A DNA stretch of 64,000 nucleotides from Felis catus (taxonomy: Eukaryota): contig NC_058368.1 of NCBI RefSeq assembly GCF_018350175.1, forward strand, positions 213,096,001 to 213,160,000. Direction: 5' to 3'. The notes below the pieces were generated by a model. It was not told the origin of the DNA and ran no database searches. It saw nothing but the letters and a program-made list of their open reading frames with translations. Below are positions 37,827 to 49,720 of the stretch, piece by piece. The translations under genes were made by a program, and so were the position numbers. How positions within the stretch are numbered: position 1 is the stretch's first letter; every line of letters begins with the position of its first letter.

Positions 37827-38005
37827 GGGGTGCTTGGGTGGCTCAGTTGGTCACGTGTCCAACTCTCAATTTCAGCTCAGATCATGATCTCGTGGTTCGT
37901 GAGTTCAAGCCCTGAATCGGGCTCTCTGCTGTCAGCACAGAGCTTGCTTCAAATCCTCTGTCTTTCCTTCACCCCCTCAGCCTCTCTCCCACTTTGCACA
38001 CTCTT
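37827..38005 (+). mobile_element. Can-SINE lacking tail
   Basis: Body ends in the pyrimidine region and is fused to an antisense SINE head. Confidence 0.9.
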
Positions 38006-38052
38006 CTGAGCTGAAGTCTGATGCTTAACTGACTGAGCCATCCTGGAGCCCC
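38006..38052 (-). mobile_element. Can-SINE head fragment
   Basis: ctgagctgaagtctgatgcttaactgactgagccatcctggagcccc. Confidence 0.85.
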
Positions 38053-39319
38053 ATGAGTACAGTTCTCTTAAACCCTCATACATTGAATCCATTCAATGGT
38101 AGGACTCTAATGTACTTCTCTTTTAATGAATCCAAAGAGTAAATAGGATTCACAAGCCTGTCAGCACCAGTCACATACCTACCACATTTTGGGAACTCAA
38201 GCAATTCTCAATCCCCCAAGCTGTCTGTAAGTATACAGAGCTTGATCTAGAAAATTATAAAAGACCAAGGCCATGGGATCTGAAAGAAGCAGACTAGGTG
38301 GAGAAATCTTTGTTTCCAGCTCTATCAGAAGGCAAATCATCCATGTCAGCTATCTGGAGACCATAGCCTGAAAACAAACTATATCCAAATACTAATAATA
38401 ATAATAAATCAAGAGGTGAATTAGAGAACCATGCATTTAATATACATAGAAGAAAAACGTCTCCTTTGGAGGATGGCATTTGAGATATTCCTACCTTCTT
38501 GCAAAGTCGCCACGTTTTATTTGAGGTTCCTTTCTTAGCCACCCAACTGATTTCAAACCTCTTAGTTCATATCTCCCCCTGGGTTCCTGGCCACTCCGTG
38601 CTCTGTCTGGTGACAAAGCCTTCACACCATGTCCTGAACAGACATTTTTAGTCATCCTATGCTGCTCTTGCTGTGGATGCTCAGGTCTATGCAGGTCTGA
38701 GATTCAGCAGAAATGCCCCAGGAAAGCTGTTCCAATTGTTCAGCACCAACCTTCTCTGGGGTTCCAAGGGCCTGTTTTCCCCAGTTTTGTAGATTCTGAC
38801 CTGAAGCACTGCCTCCCACCCCCAGGGCCCTGCAAAGGGCCCAAACCCCTGCTATCTGTTCTTCCTCAAACCCTAGGTTTTCTTAGCTTTTTATATTTTT
38901 GAGGTCCTGTATTTGAATTTCAGGTCTTGAATTACTTTATTCTACCAGGCCTTTTTCCTGCAGTAGTGGTGTAAGCCTTGGGGTTCCATATCCACTTGTA
39001 GCTCCCATCCTCCGCCAGGAAGACTGTAAGAATTTAGCCAGTGACTTAAGTCCACTGACTGTCTTCTCTAACTCCTACGTGGCTGACATTGTTCACTGCG
39101 CCTGAGTGCCTTCATCCCCACCATCCTTTTGCTTTCTGGCCCAGAAATTTTTTTTTTTCTGACACAGTCATCTGTAATTCATCTTGTAGGGTTTGGGAGA
39201 AAGAGACATTCAATTAGCAAATTCTGGGCTTTCTGAACACATTCATTTCCAAACAAACAACAGCAAACAAATTCTAATATCTTCCTGAATCAAACAATTC
39301 CATCCTGGGGGTAGGTATT

Positions 39320-39386
39320 GAAAAAAAAAAGTCCCACTACCCTTCTGAGCTCTTAGCTAAGACCCTTGTAATAAAAGACAGATTAT
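39320..39386 (-). mobile_element. MER34-like LTR end fragment
   Basis: ctacccttctgagctctt..tgtaataaaagacagatt aligns by eye to about 36720-36772. Confidence 0.6.
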
Positions 39387-39536
39387 GGGGTGCCTGGGTG
39401 GCTCAGTCAGACACTACTCAATTTCGGCTCAGGTCATGATCTCATGGTTCATGAGTTCAAGCTCCATGTCAGGCTCCACGCTGACGGCACAGAGCCTGTG
39501 TGGGATTTTGTCTCTTTCCTGTGCTTTCTCTCTCTC

Positions 39537-39597
<61 letters not shown>

Positions 39598-39615
39598 AAA
39601 AAATTAAAAATAAAA
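39387..39615 (+). mobile_element. Can-SINE with 54-nt poly(A)
   Basis: SINE body; A run 39542-39595. Confidence 0.92.
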
Positions 39616-40632
39616 TGGCCACATTTCAACTGTATCAGTCAAGGACAAAAGAACCCTGGCCCTGTCCTTCCTATAATGGCAATAAAGCCTAATGCCAGCA
39701 GCCCTGGCTATGCCAGGGGTATAGTCTCTCCATGTGTTTTTTCTGTTTGTAAGGCCAGTCCTCATCTATTGCCCAAGGTTCCAAGTTTCTGGGTTTTTAG
39801 GAGGCTACTATTTACAGTTCTTTATTCCCACCCCAAAACAGAAGCAACTGAAAAATAGTAGACCACAGTGTCTGCTCTTTTTATAGTCCTGAGCACATGG
39901 ATTCAAATCTTTGGCTACAAGCAGTTCAGCCTATAATTAGATGGGGTGAAAAGACGGGGTGGAAAGAGATAGGCTTCCTCGTTCAGTCACTAGTCCTAGA
40001 GGACTAGAAACTATCACACAGTGACAGGTCAAAATGCAGTGTTCCTGAAGGTCATCAAAAAAGAGAAAAAGGGAAGGACTTGGCTGAGCACGTCCAGTTC
40101 TTTCTTCCAAATTCATTAATTATAGACATCTCTCCTTCCCATAGAGAGGTGTGAATAAAGGGACAGGGATGTTACTCTAATTAAATCCCCTCTCATTGGA
40201 AATAGGAGACCAGAAGAGAAATGAAGTTTCCCCCAACATATAGTATGGGCTTACCAGAGTTTATTTAACACTTCCTCCATTAATGGATATTTAGATTCTT
40301 TCTAGGCTTTCACACAACAAACGAGTGTCAGAGAAGATCCTGTATGTTTCACAGTGCACACATGTAAGTTTCCTCAGGCAAGCTACCTGGAAGTGAATGT
40401 CTAGGTTGAATGTATAAACATTAAAAAATTTAATAAATACTGAGAATTTGCTTTCCAAAAGGCTATACATGGTTTACACTTAAGCCAGAATGTGTAAACA
40501 CCTGTTTCCCCACATCTTCATCAATGTTGGTTCTAACTGACCTTTTAAATTTTTGCCAATATGATAGGTAAAAAAGATATCTTTGTTTTGGTTTACAATA
40601 TATGATTCTATCACTGGGGAGAATGAGAATCA

Positions 40633-40848
40633 TTTTTAAAAGATTTTTTTCATGTTTATTTATTTTTGAGAGAGAGAGAGAGAACAAGCAGGGAAGGGGC
40701 AGAGAGAGGGGGAGACATAGAGTCTGAAGCAGGCTCCAGGGTCTCAGCTGTCAGCACAGAGCCCAACGCAGAGCTCAAACTCACAAACTATGAGATCATG
40801 ACCTGAGCCAAAGTTGGACACTCAGCTGACTGAGTCACCCAGACACCT
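40633..40848 (-). mobile_element. Can-SINE
   Basis: Antisense body; TSD core gagaatgag. Confidence 0.93.
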
Positions 40849-41338
40849 AGAGAATGAGCATCTTTTTATGTTTGCTGGACATTTGTATTTCCTCTTCACA
40901 GAATTATCTGTTCATTTCCTTTGCCCATACTTCTCTTAGGTTATCTTTTCCTTATTCATTTGCCATTCTTTGTACACTTTGGATGCTAATATTTTGCCTT
41001 TTATATTTGTGACAATTACTCTTTCTAGCTTTGTAAGTTGTGTAGCTTTGGTGGTACAGAAATTTTATTTTTAGCAGGTTGTCATAATTTACTTTTTAAA
41101 AAAACTTCATTGTTTCTGCATTATTTTGTTGATTAAGTAAGTTTTACTATTTCAAGATCCTTCCATATTTCTTTCTTCCCCATTTTATTCAAATACTTTT
41201 ATGATTTTGCTTTTGAAATAAATGTAAAAATCCAGCAGGAACTTGCAATGGAGGTAAGGAAATCATTTTATTTAGTTTTTTACCAAATAGCTAATTTTCC
41301 ATTTGTTCCCCCACTGATTTAAAATGCCATCTTTATCA

Positions 41339-41573
41339 GGACGCCTGGGTGGCTTAGTTGGTTAAGCGTCTGACTCTTGATTTTGGCTCAGGTCTTGATC
41401 TTATGGTGGTAAGTTTGAGCTCTGCATCAGGTTCTGTGCTGACATCGCGGGGAGGCTGCTTGGGATTCTCTCTCTCCCTTTCTCTGTCCCTCCCCACCAT
41501 GCACGTGTGCTCGCTCTCTCTCTCTAAAATAATAAAGTATATGCTTCAATGTTTTAAAAATAAATAAATAAAT
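41339..41573 (+). mobile_element. Can-SINE
   Basis: 18-bp TSD aaaatgccatctttatca/aaaatgccgtctttatca. Confidence 0.94.
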
Positions 41574-41839
41574 AAAATGCCGTCTTTATCAAATACTGTC
41601 TTCCCCTGCTTGCACAGGTCCTGACATGATTCTAACAGAGCTGGATAACTGGTTTCCTTGTCTATTACAGATTGGAAGTAAGAAAATAAATCAGGGACTT
41701 TATTTTAGAAAACAAGTCAAATGATGGCAAAAGGAAGTGAAAGCTGAACACAAAGAACACAGGTAAACAAAAGAGAGGAAGCTTTGTTGTTTTGCACAAT
41801 AATAGATAAATATCCCAAGTCTTGAAGAAAAGACTGCAG

Positions 41840-41990
41840 AAGGTCACCTGGGTGACTCATCAGTTGAGTTTCTGACTCCTGATCTCAACTCAAGTCTTGA
41901 CCTCAGGGTTGTGAATTCAAGCCCTGCATTGGGCTCCACACTAGGCGAGAAGCCTACTTTAAAAAAAAGAAAAAAAAAGAAGAAGAAAGA
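41840..41990 (+). mobile_element. Short older Can-SINE
   Basis: TSD aagaaaagactg. Confidence 0.88.
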
Positions 41991-42025
41991 AAGAAAAGAC
42001 TGGATTATGTTTAGGCCCTTTTGAA

Positions 42026-42239
42026 TTAAAAAAAATTTTTTTCTTAATGTTTATTTTTGAGAGAGATAGAGAGAGAAGTGGGGGGAGGGGCAGAGAGAGA
42101 GAAGGAGACAGAATCCGAAGCAGGCTCCAGGCTCTGAGCTGTCAGCATAGAGCCCGACGTGGGGCTTGAACCCATGAACCATGAGATCATGACCTGAGCC
42201 AAAGTTGGACGCTTAACCGACTGAGCCACCCAGGCATCC
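42026..42239 (-). mobile_element. Can-SINE
   Basis: Antisense body; TSD core gcccttt. Confidence 0.94.
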
Positions 42240-42879
42240 TGCCCTTTTGGTTTTTAAAACAGTTAACAAATTACATATTTTAAAACAATATCTATTTTTT
42301 TAAAGTGGTCAAAATAAACACTGTTTTGGCACTTGAAGGGGCAAGTTTCCATCACATGGAATTATCAGCTGCATGGGACCTTGATTCACATACTATGTGG
42401 GTACACTGAGTGTTGCTGTAATTCTTGGATATGAAAAGAAGCCACGGTGGAACCAACCTCATAAATGCAGAGCAAGGAAGATCTTACCTGCAATTTTAAA
42501 CAAACCTGAAAAAGACCTAGGAGCTTTATTTTTCCATGCCAGGCCTAGTTGCTACATTCACTGCCTGAGCACACAGCCCCCTTTACATTACAATTTGCAA
42601 ACTCTACGTGCTCAAGTTCTCAGCCTTGGTGCTTCCTGCCAGAGACAGAAATTCCTGACCCTGTAATTTGAGCTTCCACAGGCTCATATTTTAGCCTGGG
42701 GGCAAAAATCAAGGAGGCTCGAATTTTAGCCTAGAGGGTAAAAATCAAGGAATATGTATCAAAGTAACAGTAACAAAGGAACGATTCTGGCTGCGTGCCC
42801 CTACCTTTGAGATTTTAAGCTTCTCATTCAAGATGTTTCCATGGTAACTCACTTGTGCCTCCAAACAGCCTTGATGGGC

Positions 42880-43307
42880 CCTGTAGGAGATTGGGTTACT
42901 GCTCCTTTACTTCCTCCCAGCAAAAAAGGAAACATCCACAGCCTTTGCCTCGAGACCTTATAGGGTCTCCCAGTGCAGTACCTTTTCATGCCCCACTGAT
43001 GTCGGGCTTGACTCTAGTTTGTTTGTCAACAGAATGTTAATGAACATCACCTACGCAGAGGCTTTAAATGTGCTTACAAGGTCTGGCTGGACTTGGTTTG
43101 GCTTCTTGGACCTCAGCCATCCGCTGTGAGAAGTTGCTGATCCCGGCTTAAGAGACATGGGGAGTTAACTTGAACCAGACTCAGCCTGAAGCCTATATTG
43201 GGACCTATAGTGAGAAACATAAATGTGGTGTTGATGTTGATATAAGCCTCTGAAATTTGAGTTTATTTGTTTATGCAAAACCATTGCAATAAAACCTGAC
43301 TGATCCA
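42880..43307 (+). mobile_element. Ancient MaLR LTR (MLT1I/J-like)
   Basis: gcagaggctttaaatgtgctt..gagacatggggag..taagcctctga..ctgactgatcca end. Confidence 0.65.
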
Positions 43308-44069
43308 GCCCCTACTTTTTAGAAGTAGAATTGCTCTAAAATATATAATGTATTACCTGTCTTAAAAATTGAAGGGTCTTCAACGTAATTCAATCCAGCC
43401 CCTTGTTGGGCACATCCCTGGTGTTTACCATGCAGCTGGCGTGTCATTCCAATAGTCCCTACTCACCAGACACATGCTGTGACTCTTGCTGCACGGGTCT
43501 TCACTCTCCCCACCATGGCTGGTGTCCCCACCACCCCCTGTAACATCTCCCATGTCTCTGTGGTCACAGTTAAGGTACAACTCCGCTCAGCTCCCACTGA
43601 AGTGAAACGCTTACTTTCTTCCCACCTGGGTTAAATTGTACAAGGTCACAAAATAGAGCCACCCTATGCTGCTGTCTGCAGCTCTGAAGCTTAACTAATT
43701 TTTTCCTTTTTAGCACAAGACTCCTCGCCCCAGGAGATAGTTACAAGATAGCTGGACCTAAAGATCATTTGAGACTCTGGGCTGCATTCAAACCCTCTCT
43801 CCTCAGCAACCTCAACAGTGTCCCAGGGCAAGTTAGGAGTGCTCCTGTTGGGGTGGGCTGCTTTCCTTTCAGAATACCATCAGGAAGGTTAAGGCAAAGT
43901 TAATGATCTCTGATTGAATGTGGTACAGCCCTGGGGTGTCAGTCCCCATTTACCAGGCACCAGGCTCTTGTGAGAGAACAATCCCTGGTAACACATGTGG
44001 AAATTCACGTGAACTCCATAGCACACGCCTGCACTCTGACATTCGAAGCAGAATAACAGACTGGTATTT

Positions 44070-44457
44070 CCTTTTTTCTTTACTTTTCTTTTCTTTTCTT
44101 TATCTTAAGTTTATTTATTTTGAGACAGAGAGAGAGAGAGAGAGCACTTCATCAGGGGAGGGACAGAGAGACAGGGAGAGAGAGAATCCCAAGCAGGCTC
44201 TGAGCTGTCATCACATAGCCTGACACGGAACTAGATCTCACAACTGTGAGATCATGACCTGAGCTGAAATCAAGAGTTGGAGGCTTAGGAGCGCCTGGGC
44301 AGCTCAGTCAGTTAAGCATCTGATTTCAGTTCGGGTCATGATTTCACTGTTCGTGGGTTTGAGCCCTGCATTGGGCTTTGTGCTGATGGCTCAGAGCCTG
44401 AAGCCTGCTTCACATTTTGTTTCCCTCTCTCTCTGCCCCTCCCCTGTTCATGCTCTG

Positions 44458-44497
<40 letters not shown>

Positions 44498-44572
44498 TCT
44501 CAAAAATAAATAAACATTAAAAAAAAAAAGAAAGAATCATAGGTTTAACTGACTGATCCACCCAGGTGCCCC
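44070..44572 (-). mobile_element. Can-SINE interrupted by an opposite-strand SINE
   Basis: Antisense body to 44287; head resumes at about 44545-44572. Confidence 0.9.
44288..44531 (+). mobile_element. Can-SINE nested in SINE
   Basis: Full body; degenerate TSD aagagttggaggctt/aagaatcataggttt. Confidence 0.92.
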
Positions 44573-44637
44573 CGGGCTGACATTTTCATTTTCCCATTCT
44601 TAGAGAAGATAAGTCTGTATCAGATTAATCTTGGAAG

Positions 44638-45680
44638 ATTCATTCATTCATTCGCTCAACAAATACTTATTCACCTATTGAGTTAAGCCCTAGAGATAGA
44701 ACAGTGAAAGGCATAAAGTCCTTGCCCCTGTGAAGCTTATACTCCTGGGAGGAGGAGGGGAAGGAAATGGAAAACAAAGAAATAAACACATAAACATATC
44801 ATTTTAAGTGGTGATAAGTGCTATACAAAAGAAGGAGGGTAAATGATAAGAAGAGTTAGGGCTCTTTCACATAGGGCAGAGAGAAAGTATCTCTGAGAAC
44901 CTAACGTCTAGGTAGGCACTGGAATCAAGGGAGGGAACAAGCCATAAAGTTTTAAGAAAGAACCATCTAGAATAAGAAGAGCAAATACTAGGACCTGAGG
45001 CTTGAGCAAACATTCAAAGAACATCATAAAAGCCAGTGGCTAGAGGAGAATGAGCCAAGAGGAGCGGGAAACAGAGGGTAGACAGGGGTTCAGGTCCTAG
45101 AGGAGCTTGTCAGCCATGTGAGGAATTTGAATTTTATTACAAGTAGGAGAGGAAGCCACTAGAGAGAGTTGAGAGGGAAATAGGGAGGTGGCTTATAATC
45201 TGATTAATATCTTTAAAACCTAATCTTCATCAATACAAAAGACAAGTTGGAAGCTTACTGCAGTAGCCCAGATGAGAGATATTAGTGGCTTGGACCAAGT
45301 GGTAGTGGTACAAAGATGAGCAGGACTCAGATTTGGGGAATAGTTTCAAGGTAGGGTCCATAGGACTTAGTAAGCACCTGGATGTGGAGAGTAAAGAAAA
45401 GAGAAGCATCAGGGATGACTTCTTGGGAAGGGCAGGGTGTGGTGGGGTGTGTCTTGAGGAAACAACTCAAGCCCTGTTGCACGGTAGCTGAAGAATCCCT
45501 TTCTTTATTGAGATGAGAATGTCACGAAAACAGCTGAATATTTCAGTTGGCAATCAGGAGAGAGGCCTCGGCTGGAGGTGTGAACCCGGGAATCATCACC
45601 TTTTAGATGAGTGTGAAGCTGTGAAGCAGGGCGAACTCTCGAGGGAGAAAATGTAGTAAGAGAAGGTAGTTGAGGAGAGT
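44638..45680 (-). mobile_element. L2 element (about 1 kb)
   Basis: (attc)n..caacaaatacttatt start; ggaagccact; cagatgagagat..gtggcttggacc; cagggatgact. Confidence 0.8.
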
Positions 45681-46393
45681 CTGATGTATCTGGAGTCTCA
45701 CAATCTGGAAGACGTCCTAAAAAATGTAGATAGTTCTCCATTTGGACGTAATGATGGATTCATGTTCTCGAGGGCAGGAGCCCTGTCTTAATCATCTTGG
45801 TGACCCTTCCAGGTTTTGCGTAAGTCCTGGTGTCTGGCCCCTGTCTCTAAGCAGGGAGAGTCTCAACTGAGGTTTCAGCTGGGAACCTGAAGGAACAAAA
45901 CCAACTCAGGACTGAGTTGCAGCCAGAAACCAGAGGTGAGCTGATAATTTACTTTGTGTCATACGTGGTACGAGTTTGGTTCTGTGACCAGAATGACAAG
46001 TATGTTGTGTGGGAGGAGGAAAATGGAGATGAAAATTTCTTAGCATTTGAAATTTTCAACTATCTTTTGAGTGAACCTCTGAGTTTTTAAATAAGTCTTT
46101 CATAGTTGATAGGGTAGAAATAATTACCTACAATGAAATTTTGCTGGACATATTATAATTTTTAAAATATTTTTATTTGTGGAGACTTTCCAACTCACAC
46201 AAAAGTAGATCAAATAGTATAATGAGCCCTCTCTGTATCACTTAATCCCCAAAATTATCAACCCATGACAATCCTGCCCCATCCACATCTTCATCCACTT
46301 TCTCTCTTGCCAAATTATTTTGAAGTAAATCTCAGACATAACATTATTTCATTCTTAAAATTTTGAGTACATTTCTTTAAAAGATAGTTTTTA

Positions 46394-46623
46394 GGGGCAC
46401 CTGGGTGGCTCAGTCAGTTAAGCATCAGACTCAGCTCAAGTCATGATCTTGTGTGGTTCGTGGGTTCGAGCCCCAGGTCAGGCTCTGTGCTGACAGCTCA
46501 GAGCCTGGAGCCTGCTTTGGATTCTGTGTCTCCCTCTCTATCTGCCCCTCCCCTGCTCGTGCTCTATCTCAGTCTCTCTCTCTCTCTCTTAAAAATAAAT
46601 AAATATTTAAAAAAAAATTTTTT
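46394..46623 (+). mobile_element. Can-SINE
   Basis: Full body; TSD aagata(a)gttttta. Confidence 0.95.
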
Positions 46624-46637
46624 AAGATAAGTTTTTA

Positions 46638-46860
46638 GGGGCCCCTGGGTGGCTCAGTTGTTTAAGCACCTGACTCTTGATTTCGGCTCAGGTCATGATC
46701 TCCTGGTGTCAGTCTAAGCCCTGCATCAGGCTCTGTGCTGCCAGTACAGAGGCTGCTTGAGATTCTCTCTCTCCCTCAGATTCTCTCTCCGTTCCCCCAC
46801 CACTCACAATCTCCTTCTCTTTCTCAAAATAAATACATAAACTTTAATTAAGTAAATAAA
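46638..46860 (+). mobile_element. Can-SINE (older head type)
   Basis: Full body with actcttgattt head. Confidence 0.94.
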
Positions 46861-46874
46861 AAGCTAAGCTTTTA

Positions 46875-47104
46875 TTGATTTATTTTATTAAAAAATGTTT
46901 TTAATCTTCACTTATTTTTGAGACAGAGAGAGAGAGCACAAGCAGGGGAATGGCAGAGAGAGAACAAGACACAGAATCTGAAGAAGGCTCCAGGCTCTGA
47001 GCTGTCAGCACAGAGCCCGACCTGGGGCTCGAACCCACGAACCACACCAGATCATGATTTGAGCTGAGTCTGATGCTTAACCAACTGAGCCACCCTGGTG
47101 CCCC
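46875..47104 (-). mobile_element. Can-SINE
   Basis: Antisense full body. Confidence 0.95.
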
Positions 47105-47720
47105 TAAAAGATAAGCTCTTAAAACATAACCACAACACAACCATTACACTTTTAAAAAGTGTCTTAATAATGTCAAATGTCCCGTCAGTGCTTAAATTTC
47201 CAATTGTCTCATAAATACTATGGATTTTTCTTTTTTCACTTCTTGGATTTTTTTTTTTTAAATGGGATCCAAATAATGTCCACACATTGCAAATGGTTGC
47301 TATGTTTTTAAAAATCTCTTTTAATCATAGGATTTTCTTCTACTTCTTTTTATAAAACTTCCAATTTATCTGTTGAAGAAACTAGGTTGTTTATGCTGAA
47401 TAGTTTCCAATAGTCATGGATTTTGCTTATAGTATCACATGGTTTATTAAACATGTTCCTTTGTCCTCTGCATTTTCTATAACTGGTAGTTGGAATTGGA
47501 TCATTATTTTTAATATAACATTTTTTAATCTAAATATTTTGAAAAAGCACCAAAAAATATAGAAAAGCACCATTTACTCAAAGTTCCACCATCCTTTTGA
47601 AGAGTAGAGAATAGAAATGGAAGTTCTCCCTTCCCGTCCTGGAATCACACCTTTCAGGAGTAACCACAGGTAACAATTTGGGACTTGGAGTATATAGTTC
47701 CAATTCAAAAATGAAGGAAG

Positions 47721-48262
47721 TAGTGATGGTTAATTTTATGTGTCAACTTGACTGGGTCATGGGGTGCCCAGACTTTTGGTCTAAGCTTATTCTGGGTAAG
47801 TCTGTGCGGTGTTTTTGGATAAGATTAGCATTTGAATCAGTAGACTGGGTAAAGCAGATTGCCCTCCCGCATGTAGATGCCCTTCATCCAATCAACAATA
47901 GAACAAAACACACTGACCCTCTTTCAGGTAAAAAGGAATTTCTCTTGCCTGATTGCTTGAGCTGGGACTGGTCTTTTTCCAGCCTTTGGACTCAAACTGA
48001 AACATTGGTTTTTGAGCCTCTGGGCTTTTGCACTGAAACTTACACCATCAACTCTTCTGGTTCTTAGGCCTTTGGACCTTGTGTGGAATTACATATCACC
48101 TCTCCTGGCCCTCCAACTTGCCAGCTGAAGATCTTGAGACCTCTTATCCTCCATAATTGCATGAGCCAATTCCTTATAATAAGTATATATGTCATATATC
48201 ATCCATATATGATATACATACATATCTCCTATTGGTTCTGTTCCTCTGGAAAACCCAATACA
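47721..48262 (+). mobile_element. MLT2 (ERVL) solo LTR
   Basis: gtgatggttaattttatgtgtcaacttgactggg start; tattggttctgtt..aataca end. Confidence 0.92.
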
Positions 48263-48690
48263 GAAGACTAAGCAGAGAGAATGGAACTTGAGCTAACCCT
48301 GAAGGCTGGGTGGCATTTAAATGGTTAAAGACAAGGGGAGATAGTATGCAAGGAAAGCAAAGTGGAAGTGTCTGGAATATGAATATGTTACGTGGGGTTC
48401 AGAGGGGAGGTTGGGCAGACTGCAGCTAAGATTTGGGATTGTTGAGTTATGCAGAGTTTTGGAGGCCAGGGTAAGGAATAAGTACACTGTCCCACAGGCA
48501 AACAAGAATCATTGTCTACTCTAAACAAGATAAAGAGGCAGGTATTGAAGAAGTCCAATGTGTATGCAAAACAGCTCAAAGCAGTAGGATTTGCTGGGCA
48601 AGTTCCACTGTGGAATTCTGAAGGAACCCAAGATTCTCATTATCAACCGGGTGTCAGAAGGGTCACATACACGTTAAGAAATGCATTTGC

Positions 48691-48927
48691 GGGGCGCCCA
48701 GGTGGCTCCCTCGGTTAAGCGTCCGACTCTCAATTTCAGCTCAGGTCATGATCTCACGAACTGTGAGATGGAGCCCCGAGTCAGTCTCTGTACACGGAGC
48801 CTGCTTGGGATTCTCTCCTGTCTCCCTCTGCCCCTCCCTCGTGCTCACATGCACACGCGTGCTCTCTCTCTTTCTCTCTTTCTTTGTTTCTAAATAAAAC
48901 AAACTTAAAAAAAAAAAGGAAGAAAGA
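48691..48927 (+). mobile_element. Can-SINE
   Basis: TSD aagaaatgcatttg/aagagatacatttg. Confidence 0.94.
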
Positions 48928-49255
48928 AAGAGATACATTTGGGAACCCTCCGAAAGGGAGCTACAAGGTAAATGAGGGCTGTCCAGAGCTGTACCTCAGC
49001 ACAGACACACACTCACACCTTGGTTCTGGGACTCTCCTGCTTTCCACCTCTTTCGGCTCTCTGGTTCTCATCCTTAGAATGCACCTGTATCTGTGTCTCC
49101 TTGACTTCTGGTGCATTCTGGTTGCCAGTCCTTGCTCAAGAGTTTGCTTTGTGTCTGTGCTTATCTGCTTGGCTTACATGAGAGGCAAAATTGGGTACAG
49201 TGGTTAAGTATCTCTGGAGCCATATTGTCGGCATGTAAATCCCAGCTCTGCCTCG

Positions 49256-49395
49256 TCACTCAGTCAGTAGACTGCTTTCCTCAGTCGGATGATTCAAAGA
49301 TGTTGACCTCATCCAAAAACACCCTCACAGCATACCCGGAATAAGGTCTGACCAAATGTCTGTGTACCCTACAACCAAGTCAAGGTGACACAGAG
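49256..49395 (-). mobile_element. MLT2 LTR fragment
   Basis: ctcatccaaaaacaccctcacag..gaccaaatgtctg..agtcaaggtgacac. Confidence 0.75.
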
Positions 49396-49503
49396 TGTGA
49401 TCTGAGGAAAGTGTCTTAAACTTCCTGAGCCTCAGTTTCCTCATCTGTAAAGAGGGGAGAGTACTAGCAACTTACATGACAGGATTAAAAAGATGACACA
49501 TGT

Positions 49504-49720
49504 TCTCCTGTCTCTCTGCCCCTTCCCCTGCTCTCACTCTGTCTCTCTCTCTCTCTCTGAAAAATAAATAAACATTAAAAAAAAATTTAGGGAGGATGGG
49601 CTAAATGGGTAAGGGGCATTAAGGAATCTACTCCTGAAATCATTGTTGCACTATATGCTAACTAACTTGGGTGTAAATTAAAAAAAGAAAAGAAAAAAAG
49701 AAAAAAAATTTAAAGACAAT
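49504..49720 (+). mobile_element. 5'-truncated Can-SINE (3' half), tail split by an L1 tip
   Basis: (CT)n and AATAAA tail without head; TSD atgacacatgt/atggcacatgt. Confidence 0.85.
49590..49700 (+). mobile_element. Feliform L1 3' tip
   Basis: Matches L1 3' ends at about 31315-31400 and 12655-12745; TSD aaaaaaaattta. Confidence 0.9.

Larger units (their letters stand above)
40240..41610 (-). mobile_element. Ancient L1 (L1ME-like) fragment
   Basis: Degenerate antisense ORF2 3' text (ttgctttccaaaagg..cctgtttccccacatc..ttttgccaat..gacatttgtatttcctc). Confidence 0.7.
46165..47500 (-). mobile_element. L1MC-like 3'UTR split by three SINEs
   Basis: aaaagtag..tagtataatga..attattttgaagtaaatc..|..aaaacataaccacaa..aaatttccaattgtctc. 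Confidence 0.75.

Noticed and set aside
38179..38367. Minus-strand exon-like segment (ttttcag| ... tag|gtatgt)
   Set aside because: Stops in all three frames; splice-like pairs are common by chance and there is no transcript evidence.
42681..42751. Diverged 35-bp tandem duplication (a similar 26-bp-period one is at 15288-15333)
   Set aside because: Ordinary two-copy slippage duplications, not an array.
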